A DNA stretch of 34,603 nucleotides from Ministeria vibrans ATCC 50519. Its lineage: Eukaryota; Protista; Filasterea. This document shows, piece after piece, positions 16,588 through 28,002 of the stretch; position 1 is the stretch's first letter, and the number at the start of each line of letters is the position of its first letter. The notes under the pieces were generated by a model. It had not been told where the DNA came from. It worked only from the letters and a program-made list of their open reading frames with translations, and searched no databases. Where the stretch lies: contig CALSCP010001679.1 of the NCBI GenBank assembly GCA_943704425.1, positions 1-34,603 of the forward strand. The letters are read 5' to 3'. The position numbers and the translations under genes were made by a program.

Positions 16588-16718
16588 TGACTGAGACTGA
16601 GACTGTTGTGTGTGTGTGTGTGTGTGTGTAGCTTGCGGAAGACACCGACGACGACTTGTACAGCGTTGGGCCACGGCCTCTTGATGATTTGGACGACGAC
16701 GATCTGTTGTCGCCCTAG
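16099..16718 (+). CDS. 111-aa CD-M6PR/ATG27-like protein consisting of TM segment and cytoplasmic tail only
   Basis: Exons 16099-16130, 16218-16434 and 16632-16718 give MLSGGSVFVIVLVVTVAVYFVGGMVYKKYMKGAQGWEACPNVELWRSLPSLFVAGC...YRGLDD...DDDDLLSP*, which matches the CD-M6PR TM/tail pattern with a terminal acidic dileucine. Confidence 0.8.
16485..16629. repeat. Compound (GAGACT)n/(GT)n microsatellite in an intron
   Basis: Three blocks of GAGACT units each followed by a GT run. Confidence 0.9.
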
Positions 16719-16821
16719 TGCAGTGGTGGTGGAGACTCCGAGCGTCAACAAAGAGATGGAGGACAATGTACATAATATAGCAAACAAATTCACAACCGTT
16801 TGGACTTTGATGTATTGGAAA

Positions 16822-18697
16822 TTACTGTGGGGGTCTCTTCCAAAAGGTAAAGTTGAACGATTCCTTCTTGGGGGTACCATACGGCGACGTAGTTGCAGCA
16901 GCAGCAGAGGCAGCAGCAGAGACGGCAGCGGGCACAGCAGACGACCGTTTGACGGGAGTGGATGGGCCTGTTGATGATGATGTTGTTGTTGCGGTTGCTG
17001 CTGCTGCTGTAGTGGAGGTGGTGGTGGCGGAGGGCCGTAACGGTGAACTCACTGGCGTCGTACGTCCTTTGGCGCCCTAATAATGAACATAAATTTGAGA
17101 CGTGAAAGGGACGACAGTAAGGCGAAAAGCACCATACTTTGATTTTGTGTGCGATTGGGCTCTGCGAACAGGAACCGGGATTGCCCTGCACGACAGTCAC
17201 AATGCCCCTCAGAGAGGTGTTCAGAACCTGTGAGGTCTCTGAAAGTGAGTCGTGCTGCTCCATCAGATGACGAAACTGTTCGTTTTCGTGGTCGGTCAGT
17301 CGGGTGAGCAGTGCGAGTGTTGCGGTCAGCTCAACCAGTGTCATTCGCGCAGCAGTCGGACTGAACCAAATCAAAAATAAGAGAGAGAAACAAACAAACA
17401 AAAATGGAGAGAGAGAGAGAGAGAGGGACAAAGCGAGAGATGATTAGAAGGAGAGATAAAAAACAACAACAGAATTCGCTCTCATTTTTCGCACTTATTT
17501 TTCTCTCCCACCCAATCAATAATTATTATCACACACACACAGACACAGACATAATCAGTATACCGATCCACTAAAGGACGACCTCTGGATCCTAATGAGC
17601 GCACACATACTCCGGCTGCGCCCCGGTTGGGCGCACGGCCTTCCACATTGATTGCATTCACAGTTGCCCGTGCACACTCAATCAGTCGTTGTGCTTCAGT
17701 ATACGCGACATTAAACCTATGCAAAACACAGTTGTATACACTCATTCATCATAAAAAACAATACACAAAACAATACAAAACACAACTAGTAACTAATAAT
17801 GTGACACAATACATGAGATGAGACACATCAACACACAATAACAATATGAATTTATTATTATTGTTTCATACGTTGGCGCTCGTCTTGCTCTTGTTGGTGT
17901 TGCTTCAGTTGAGGAGTCAATAGCTTTTGTTCCTCTTCCGCTCATTTTTGACCTCACAAGATCCTCTTCAAAAAAAAAAAACACAATCAGATTTCAATTC
18001 CTGAACGCGAGCGTTGTACCAATCTCATCCACAAATGACCCCTTTACTCCATCTCCACCTGCGCTCAGTCCACTCGACTAAAAGAAAATACACACACACA
18101 CATTAATAATAATAATTATTATTATTAATATACGGTTCGTATTCGTTTGTTATGGGTACGTTTAGGTTTTGCTGCGCATTGAGAATTGTCTCTTCGAGTG
18201 TCGAACTCAAGCGTGCATTTTCGGCTCGCACCGCAGAAAGACTCTCTTTGAGCTCTGCCGAATGCATTGCAAGCGCACCCTGTTCGGCCTTCAACGATTC
18301 CACCAGAGCCAGTGCTTCGGTGAGTTTGCGCTGACTCTCTTCGCGTTCCAATTGCAACTCTGCGCTCTCGCGCTCACCACTCTTGTCCTTGCCACCCGCG
18401 CCCACTCCACCCGACCCCATCCCCGCACCACCCCCCATCACACTGCTATTGTTCCCATGTACACTGCTCCCACTCCGTCCTCGTGAGCCTCCACTGCTCG
18501 CATCACTCCCAAAGCTGCCGGTGCGTCCGCGCTGATGCGACGATGACTGGTCCAGCAGAATCTGCAGTGTGTGTGACCGCTCTTGCTGCTTCACACGGTC
18601 CGCCTCAACTTGTGCAAGTCGCCGCCGCGTTCTTTCGTCCGCTTCACGTAAACTCACAACCTATTGAACATCATTAATACGTCTTTATATAATAATA

Positions 18698-18777
<80 letters not shown>

Positions 18778-19570
18778 TTTTTCCATGGCGTACTTCGAGT
18801 CGTTGAGTGTTCAGTTCATCAATGAGATCTTCGTTTTGCGCCCGCACTGCCTCGGCCGCCTTGCACTCACGTCGTAGTACCTGCACTTCGGTGTCGGCCG
18901 CACGGAAATCGTCCAGCAACTGATTGTTGATGGTCTCCAGCGACGCGCATTTCGCCGTCAGCGCCGTCACTTGTTTACGCAGCGCATTCATCGCATTCAT
19001 CGTTGCCATGTCGTCATCGGCACTCTGTCCAGCCTCGGCTGTAGCCGAGAACGTCGTCTGTTCGTCGTCGTAGCCGGCGTTCTCCTTCGTCTTCTCCGAC
19101 ACAGTGCTGATGAGCGTGTCAAGAGTGTCCTCGCGAAACAGAGCCGATTCGCGCCGTCCGCTGCTTGTGCGCCGCACCGCCGACGGCCTCAGCCTGCGCG
19201 CACCGCCAAACGCAGCCTCGGTGCTGTCTTCGGCGGCCGACAACGACGCGTCTGCGGCGCGATCGGCTGCGGGAGACCCGTCGGCGTCGTTGGCGGTTTC
19301 TCCTTCTGCCAACTCACTCTCATGCGCGCCGCCCGCCTCGCTCTGCTGCCGTTGCTGCTCAAGATACTCGCCCGCCACACACTCAAAGTCTTGCAAGCTG
19401 ACGACGCCGTCGCCATCGCGATCGAGCAGCGTAAAGAGCTGATCAGCCATCGCCTCCACATCGTCCAGCTGCATACTCTGCGCCACAATGTCACGCAGTT
19501 CATCGCGCCCCAGACCCGCACTGCCGTCCGACAGCGACTGGTACAATGCCAGTAGGGCTGTCTGATCCAT
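16822..19570 (-). CDS. EF-hand plus long coiled-coil protein
   Basis: MDQTALLALY...; EF loop DRDGDGVVSLQDF; heptad-rich exons (LRKQVTALTAKCASLETINNQL, LKESLSAVRAENARL); Ser/Thr/Ala-rich last exon ending FWKRPPQ*. Confidence 0.75.
18688..18776. repeat. (TAA)n microsatellite in an intron
   Basis: Nearly pure TAA run; it produces the artefactual poly-Tyr in the ORF track. Confidence 0.95.
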
Positions 19571-20025
19571 GATTAAAAGTTTGACTTTTGATCTTGATTC
19601 TAAAATTTCTAAGTTCTTGGATTGATCATTGAACACTTCAATATTTGGTAATGCTGGTGACAACTGTTGATCAGTGTTTTCCCCTTGTTTTCCCCTTTCC
19701 TCATTCGCAGGTANNNNNNNNNNNNNNNNNNNNNNNNNNNNNNNNNNNNNNNNNNNNNNNNNNNNNNNNNNNNNNNNNNNNNNNNNNNNNNNNNNNNNNN
19801 NNNNNNNNNNNNNNNNNNNNNNNNNNNNNNNNNNNNNNNNNNNNNNNNNNNNNNNNNNNNNNNNNNNNNNNNNNNNNNNNNNNNNNNNNNNNNNNNNNNN
19901 NNNNNNNNNNNNNNNNCATTCGCAGGGGGAAATTCGGCGCAACGAGTCAGTATTTGATTATTATTATTGATAATTTTCTTTGTACAGATATACAGCAGGA
20001 TAGGCACAGCAACCAGACACAGCGG

Positions 20026-21944
20026 CTACCACAAGCGGCGTCTGCGCATCACACGATACAACACACTCGAAATACCCACAGACGACGCCAAAATGACACT
20101 CACCACAATGGCAAACGCATGGGGGTGGCTCTCAAAGTGATTGGCAAGATTCATCCCAAGGGCACCCGCCACAAGCGAACTCGACGCAACTGCAAAGGTC
20201 CCTACACACAAAAACCCAATATTTAATCTTAATTGTGTGTGGATTTGAAAAGTATAATGCCAATAATACTATATTCTTCTGACTGTGCATCAATAGATGC
20301 ACTTTTAATTGAAATATCTCGGAGTTTGTCTCATATTTTGATTTTTCGTTTGATTTCGTTTCTCCCCCCTCTCGCTTTTTCACAACCTCTTACCAATTGA
20401 GATCTGTAGATCATATTTCATCATTGCATTTCGATTCGCATCCAATTGGATGTTCAAAAAATCCTAAAAGAAACAAAAATTAGATGAACTATTTTTGTGT
20501 TGGGGTTCCTCACCTCAAATTCTTTAATTTCCGCCTTTAATTGTGCTGCTTCAGAAGCAATTTCAAACAACTAATAAAATCAAATGAAATAATATTATCA
20601 GCAAGAACAGGAAATTAATAAAACATTTCCAAACCTGTTTCAAGTACGTTTCAAGTACTATTTCAACTTCTTCGTGTTGGTCCAATCGTCTCTTGTGCCT
20701 ATTTTCAAGCACAATATGCAAAGTATAGTCCATTTCAGTGGCGACTCACTCATTCAACGCATTCTATTAATACGGTAGTTATGGTCATACCCAGTTTTGT
20801 GTTCGTCTGAAAGATACATTCTGGACATATCCTCATCACTGTTCAGAACGTCAGAGAGAGCGCGTGACGACTGTTTCACTCGACCCTCAAATAGTGTCAA
20901 ACTGTGTGCGTGTGTGGTGTGAAAGTGATTGATTGAGTGTTACAGAATGAATATTTATTATCACTTTACCTTTTGCTGCTTTGTAGGAGACTGAAGAGTT
21001 GAGAGCGGCCAATGTCGACTGCGCTTGTTTGACCCATTGTGGTGAGATCGCGTTTAACGCTCGGCGTGATAGCATTGAGAGTGGCTCGCAGATGATCGCA
21101 CTGGAGCCATTAGGGCAAGGGTTAGCGATATGCTTGTTGTTAGTTTGATTTTTCATACTGTGTTGCTGAGCATTTCCTCAACTGCACACAATTCGTAGGG
21201 TATTCCATCGCTGTTCGTAATGAGACGGTGACTCTGGTGCCATTCGCCAAGTCGAAACTATAACCCAGAGTGCAGTTACAACTCCCATTTGGTATATATA
21301 CATGTGTGTGTGTGTGTGTGTGTGTGTCGTTACCTCCAAATCAGAGATAACATCTTGCACTTGCTGTGAGTGATTGTCTGGTTGAAACAGCACGACACAA
21401 TTGTGCCGTACAATCGCTTTGATGACCTAACCACAAGAACAAAATATTTGTTATGGCAATTCCTTTTTCGATCATTAATAATAATGATTACTCCCAAATT
21501 GACAATGATCGACTTGTGTCGCACAAGAATGCCAGACTGGTCTTGCCATATGTCGAGCAGCCGCAAGTCACGATTCTGTGTAGGGTGAGGGTTAGAATGC
21601 GTCTTCACAAAATTTAATGATAGTAATAAGAAAAGAAACAGACATAATAAGAATAGAAATATATAATAGACTGCAGAGAGCTATACTCAAAAATCAATAT
21701 TATACAATTAATATTATAATTATTGTCATTGTCTGTTTCATGTGAACGTACTTGAACGTGAAGTTCTGATGTAATTTCTTGTCGCGTAAACTCTGCAAAA
21801 AATGAGAAAGAAGATTAGAAAGGATTTTAAGAAGAGGGGGATACGAGAGTGCAGTGCAGGGTTTACCGCGAGTGATGGGAGTACCACTGGTGTTGAATTC
21901 GATCTGTGTGTCAAGAAGCGAAAAAAAAGTTTCAGAGTCTCTCA

Positions 21945-21985
<41 letters not shown>

Positions 21986-22322
21986 CTCTCCTCATTCTTC
22001 GCTCGACATGACTACCGTTTTGAAGACAGATCTAGCCTTGTTCTCGTAGGCTGCAAGACGCGGCGGAATCGGGCGCACAACGGCTGTGGAGAGGGAAAGA
22101 GAGTGAGTGAGTGAGTATGTGTGTTCGCATGGCACAGTCAAAAAGACGGCCGTGGGTGGACTTACGAGGCGCTACGGCACCAGCCGCGGTGGTGCTCAGA
22201 AGCATGCGCTGTGAGCATAGCTGTCGGACAACCGGGAGGACTCCTGTGCGCGCAGAACGAATACAACAGAGTGAATGTTGGAACCAATGTGATCCAAGTG
22301 ACGAACTTGCGAAGGAAAGCAT
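20026..22322 (-). CDS. MRS2: Mitochondrial Mg2+ channel MRS2 (CorA family)
   Basis: S/R-rich transit-peptide-like N-terminus, RDLRLLD, ILVRHKSIIVNLG, LDANRNAMMKYDL, and AGALGMNL (GMN signature) followed by a second TM helix. Confidence 0.92.
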
Positions 22323-22509
22323 CGGCGCTTAGGCTCACAAACTAGGGGGTTCGGCAATCACTTGGGGAAGGTGGATGTGTAGCCAATAGTAATATATGGA
22401 AATAATGATGAATTATTAATGATGAAAAAGAAAAACGAAAAAAAAAATAGTCACTCAGTCACTCTGATAGAAATTTCCACAACAATACAATGTAAGATCT
22501 TTTTTTTTT

Positions 22510-24577
22510 CTACATGAGTTCCCAATCGTCCTCAATCTCAGCATCAGCCCCCACACTAACAGTCGAATTGTATGCTCCAGCATCACTCGCCACCCTGGCA
22601 CTCGAATCAGACGCCCCAGAAGCACCCACGCTAGTCTGGGACTGATACACCGCGGTGAGATCAGCTTCCTCATCGCACACCTCGGCTGTGTCAACCACCA
22701 TTCGCCTTGGCGCACGCGAACCCATCACTGCACCCGACGCAACTGTAATCGACGACCCAGACACTCCACCAGAGCTAGCAACAGCAGGAGAGGAAACATA
22801 CAAAGCCGCTCCGCCCACCATTGAATGCACTGAGCCCGACCCAGCCGTACTCGTTTCAGAGAGACTCAGATCATCCAACGCCGAATTGATCGAACCCACT
22901 CCGCCACTCACAGCCAGCACCCTTCCTCCTTCTCCTCCTTCGTATCTCCGCAGCATATCACTCCCATCACTTCCACTCAAATCGCCTCCTTTCCTCTTGG
23001 CCATTTCAGTCACAGAAAACAACGGACTCACTCCAACACGCGACACCTAACACATTGGGGATAGGATTAGAATAAAATCCACGCTTGGTTCGTATGCGGC
23101 TATTACCTTCTCCTTCTGTGCTTTCACTCGCTCCACCAAATCCAATACTTCTGCGTCATTCGCACAGTAGAACCCCAAACAGAGCGACGGATCAATATCA
23201 AAGATGTTCATACTTTTCGCTCCGTCACAATGAAACGTCTAAAACAAACAATAATAATATTATTATTAATATTAGAGTAAACAAAATTCATTATCATTAT
23301 TACTTCTCTGTCTTTGCTCTTTCGTCCACTCTGAGTCACAGCAATTTGTACAGAATGAGGGTCCAAGTAGAGGACACGATCACCTTTGAAACAAGAAACA
23401 CACAAGTTCAGTTGCGTTCAAGTTTGAAAAAATCTTTTTGTTTCTTTCTTCTTTCTTTCTCTCCCCTCTCCATCACTTTGTTTCTTTTTTCCTCCTCTCT
23501 CTCCATCACTTGTTTCTTTTTTCCTCCTCTCTCTCCATCACTTTGTTTCTTTTTTCCTCCTCTCTCTATCACTTTGTTTCTCTCTCTCTATCACTTTGTT
23601 TCTTTCCCTCCTTTCTCTCTCTCTCTCTCTCATTCTGATTTTTGTACCGTGAATGCCCATAAAATAATAGGCCGAGTTGGGTTTTCCTCCAATAAACCCA
23701 ATGCTCTGTGGCATTGCAAAGTGGTCCTGTCATGACAAAAAACAGAACCAATTTTAACGAAAGTGTTTACTCTGCCATCGTTCTTACTCTGAGATAGGGG
23801 ACATAACGATCGTTGAGCTCGGCAAGACCGAGTCTAAGAGGGACCAGAATGAGAACAGGTGAGAGCGTACGGTCGTCGTCGGAAGTGCACAGAGACGACG
23901 CAAGGAAGTCGGTGTCGGTTGAGGCAGCGCGGGAACGCGCAATGCGCGCAGACGCACGCGCACTCTGAATGGACGCTGCTAGGTCGCCCATATGAAGCAC
24001 GCTGTCCATGGCAACGTGGACTGCAAATCCAACAGGATGTGCTCCGACCAGCTGTCTATTATAAACACAAAAAATAAAATGCAGTAAGTAAAACACAAAC
24101 ACACACACACACACACACACACTATTGTCATGGGAACGCCTACTTGATGACTTGCGCCATTGTGTTTGGACCAAACCACTGGCCGATGCTCTTGCTCATC
24201 ATCTTTCCTTGCTCAGCAATGCGGTGAATCGAGAAAGGGCACAGCGGCGTGTCCAGGAAGTGCCGGAGAATCTGCGAGGCAAGTTCGGTTGCTTTGGCAT
24301 CGCCTTGCGCTCGCCACGCCCGTCCCAGCGTATGACACACCATGGCCTGCGCCAGAATCATTTGCCCACACCGTAGCATGCATCCCCAGCCGGCGTCGGA
24401 CGTGTACGATGTGTTCCCAATCGGAATAAAGCTAAACGTTGCAAAAAGTGCCAACGTTGCAGGGTCAGAAACGAACAGAAATAACGGTTGTTCAACCCAC
24501 TCTCGTCCATAAAGGGCGAAATGGGCTCAGCGGGAACGCCACAGCACGGAAAACGGGCCATCAAAGGGAAGGGAAGG

Positions 24578-24609
<32 letters not shown>

Positions 24610-24940
24610 AGCGCCACGAGTGCGTGCTTACTTGTTTCTGTAGGTGAACCAAAAGCGAGTGCGAACATGTCGTTTCATTGCTGCATCGTCTAAGTGATGA
24701 AAGTCGGATGAGAAGGCATTTCAAGGGGAGAACGGAGACGCGATACGATGCACAGCTGCACTGAGGCGGCGTGGAGGCGGCGTAGGCGGGCAGGGGCCCA
24801 CGCAATCCGGGACAGACGCGGGATGTTTTCGCAGCGGATGACGATCGAAGGGAGTCGTTACCTTCGGGCGCCTCATACTTGACACCGAGAAGCCAAAGGC
24901 TCTGGGTCGAATGCGACGACACCGACCTGAACATAGACAT
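22510..24940 (-). CDS. ATG4: ATG4 cysteine protease (peptidase C54), with an alternative first exon at 25266-25188
   Basis: LWLLGVKY, RFWFTYRNNF, TSDAGWGCMLRCGQM (catalytic Cys), IGQWFGP, LILVPLRLG, GFIGGKPNSAYYF, YLDPH, and a C-terminal LIR-like EDDWELM*. Confidence 0.96.
23455..23630. repeat. ~23-33-bp minisatellite with core ATCACTTTGTTTC in an ATG4 intron
   Basis: Five copies of (C/T)ATCACTT(T)GTTTC separated by CT-rich spacers. Confidence 0.85.
24581..24609. repeat. Poly-G run (29 nt) in an ATG4 intron
   Basis: Homopolymer seen directly; the length may be unreliable. Confidence 0.7.
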
Positions 24941-25187
24941 AAAGAACCGGGAAAATTTTGGAAGTTTTGATGACAGACTGACTTTTGTCTGTGCATTTGG
25001 ACGAAAATTGATCTCTGGCAAGAAAACAGCCGAGATTGACTTATGGTGCGACGCGATAGACAACTGCACTCAAACGGCGTAGACGGCATTCAGGCTTGCC
25101 ATACTGGACAGAGGATCATCTCCAGTGGATGACGATCGGTCGTTGTCATCTGGTTCTATGTTAGGTGTCATCTCGCCGTCATCATAC

Positions 25188-25266
25188 CTTGGGGTGCCTC
25201 GTACTTGAAGCCAAGAAGCCATAGGCTCTGGGTTGAATGCAACGACCTCGATCTGAATACAGACAT
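25188..25266 (-). CDS. ATG4: Duplicated, alternative ATG4 exon 1
   Basis: 79-nt ATG-initiated exon MSVFRSRSLHSTQSLWLLGFKYEAPQ with a phase-1 GTATGA donor, paralogous to 24940-24862. Confidence 0.7.
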
Positions 25267-25384
25267 GAAGCGGTCAAATAAAAAATTAAATATTATGATA
25301 ATTATTATTCATTTTACTTCTCTCCCTCTATTGAAACTTAAATCACATATTCACATTCATCACTGATTGGGAACACTGAAAAAG

Positions 25385-26692
25385 ATGCGTCTTAAGCGCC
25401 TCCTATTGAGATACTATCCTCCTGGTACATCCGATCTTCATTCGGTTGTCTCTGAGTAAACTGTCACTTCTGACTTCACACTTCAAAAACTGCTTAGCGG
25501 TCCAACTTGAATTCGAAAGAACCAGTGGCGAGATTCTTGTCAAAACTCACGACTTGCTTGGTTTGACAGCAAAGTATGTGCCAGCAAAAAACCCGAAAGT
25601 GGATCTGAAAAATGTATAGTTGCAATGCTCAAGAGGTCGCAGAGACAATATGTGCTGCCGAAAGCATGTCATCGTCGGCTCGAAGGACTCAGATCATCCG
25701 TTTGGTTGAACGTACGGCGGCGCTGTCGCGTCTTAGCTATTCGTTTTTGTGTGCACTGATTTTACTCATTTTGCTGACACACACCATAATCATAATAATT
25801 ATCTATCATGATCAGAGCTTCAAGCGCGACTCGCACAACATGAACAGAGCACCGATCGTCGCTTCTATCTCTTCAAAATCATTTTGGCACACTCGCTTCC
25901 TCTCACCAGCGTTGCCCTCAACAAAGACGGCAGTAGGTATGACAGATTTACTGCACGACGATTCAACCTCAAAGGTTTCGAGTGTTTTTTTTTGACGTAG
26001 ATTGGCATCCGCTTCGTATGACCGCACCTGTCGAGTGTGGGACAGCTCCTCTGGTGACGAACTGGGCTCTCTGGAAGGGCATCGCAATGTTGTCTTTGCA
26101 GTGGCCTTCAACAACCCATTTGGCGACAAGATCGCAACAGGGTCGTTTGATAAAACGTGTCGTGTCTGGAGTGCAGTACGTATTATACGTGTCGTAATAT
26201 TGCACACGAGATTATGTTCTTGAATGATCAATAATATAATTCTACTTTTTATAACACACGATGCAATATCGACGTTAGGAGACGATGCGGCTGCTGCATG
26301 TGTTTACAGGTCATACTGCTGAGGTGGTATGTGTGGCGTTCAGCCCGACAGGCGAGCAGGTCGCAACGGGCGGGATGGACAACGAGGCACGCGTGTGGGA
26401 TGTGCGAAGAGGAGTGTGTGTGCATGTGCTGGCGGGACATGCGGGCGAGCTCATTGCGCTTGATTGGGCTGCAAATGGGGCCTCTTTGCTGACTGGCTCT
26501 TTTGATATGACGGTCAATGTGTGGAATGTTCTATCTGGAAAGTATCGCGAAAATTTGTGTATTTTCTTGATGACTCGATAATTCCATGTCATTCTGATAT
26601 AATTATTAATATATAGACGCTCGCACGCGCTCATTGGGCATCGCGGAGAGATCAGCAGCTGCAAATTCTCTTTTCAGGGTGACTTTGTAAGC

Positions 26693-26779
<87 letters not shown>

Positions 26780-27492
26780 GATCGCGAGCTCGAAGAAAGA
26801 GATCACGTTTGATTCGTGGTCTTATATACATGAATTGCATTTCAATTTGTTTCGCGCAGATTGCGAGTGGGTCAATAGACAAAACAATGCGAGTGTGGTG
26901 CAGTCGGACGGGCGAGTGCACTTCGACACTGCGTGAACACACAGGGGAAGTACTGGATGTTGCAGTGGCACTGAGTGGGGAGCGACTGGCGAGTGCCGGC
27001 AGTGATGGAGTCGTGTTGGTATATCAAGTGCGGATAAACTCAAAAAGAATCTCTCATGATCACACGAGTCGGCGCGAGTGGGAATGTGTTGCTCGATTGG
27101 TTGGTCATAAGTTGGAAGTATCAAAGGTATAATAAATTATATATTTTTAGTTGATTATTTATGACTCACTCTGAAAAATTAATGTTATTAATTATTTTTA
27201 ATTTTTTTTTGCTCAGGTCGTTTTTAATTGTGCAGGAACCCTTTTACTGACAGTTGGAACAGATAAGACAGGTAAGGTGGATTCAAAGGTTACTATCGCG
27301 TGAGTGTCGACTTTCTCGTATCTTCCTCTTTTTCGGATTGGGCATTCAGCTCGCCTATGGAACGCACATACAGGCGATGCACTGCAAACACTGGATGGAC
27401 ACACAAGCGATGTGTTTACAGCGCTTTTCAACTATGAGGGAGATACCATTGTCACTGCGTCAAAGGACAACACTTGTCGTCTCTGGCACTAG
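25385..27492 (+). CDS. DAW1: Dynein assembly factor with WD repeats 1 (ODA16/WDR69)
   Basis: [66 protein letters not shown], and terminal [21 protein letters not shown]. Confidence 0.96.
26694..26776. repeat. (CA)n microsatellite in a DAW1 intron
   Basis: Pure CA run of about 40 units. Confidence 0.95.
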
Positions 27493-27695
27493 CTCTCTTC
27501 ACTTTCAGACTCACTCTCTCTGTGCGTTGCGATTTCATAAATAAAATCTGTCTATGAATCATTGTGTATTGTTAAATTAATAATAGTTAATATTATTCTC
27601 TCTCAACCCAATCCAACAACACAAAAAAAGAGTTCCATAAATAATCCCTCCCTTTTCTCTCTCTCTTTCCTTCCCCCCTATTCTGCGACACACAA

Positions 27696-27906
27696 TCAAC
27701 CATGAACAACCAGCGACGCCCAGTAGAGTGGCGATGCGTAAGGGCGAGCACCGCGTGTCGATAGCCGCTGTGCAATCGCCGAAGCCTCAGAGGGAGCCAC
27801 AGTCTGCACAATGGACATGGCCTCGTCCCTGGATAACTCCCGAAGCCACTTTTGTGCCCCCAACACTGCCTGTGCCACTGTCATCCCAGGTGTAGCCTAA
27901 ACACAC

Positions 27907-28002
<96 letters not shown>

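Noticed and set aside
18674-20226. ORFs with poly-Tyr or poly-X, and poly-LS/HT/CV ORF tails elsewhere
   Set aside because: They are read-through into intronic microsatellites or N gaps.
24581-24609. Poly-G run as a functional G-quadruplex
   Set aside because: It is an intronic homopolymer that could be a sequencing artefact, with no other support.
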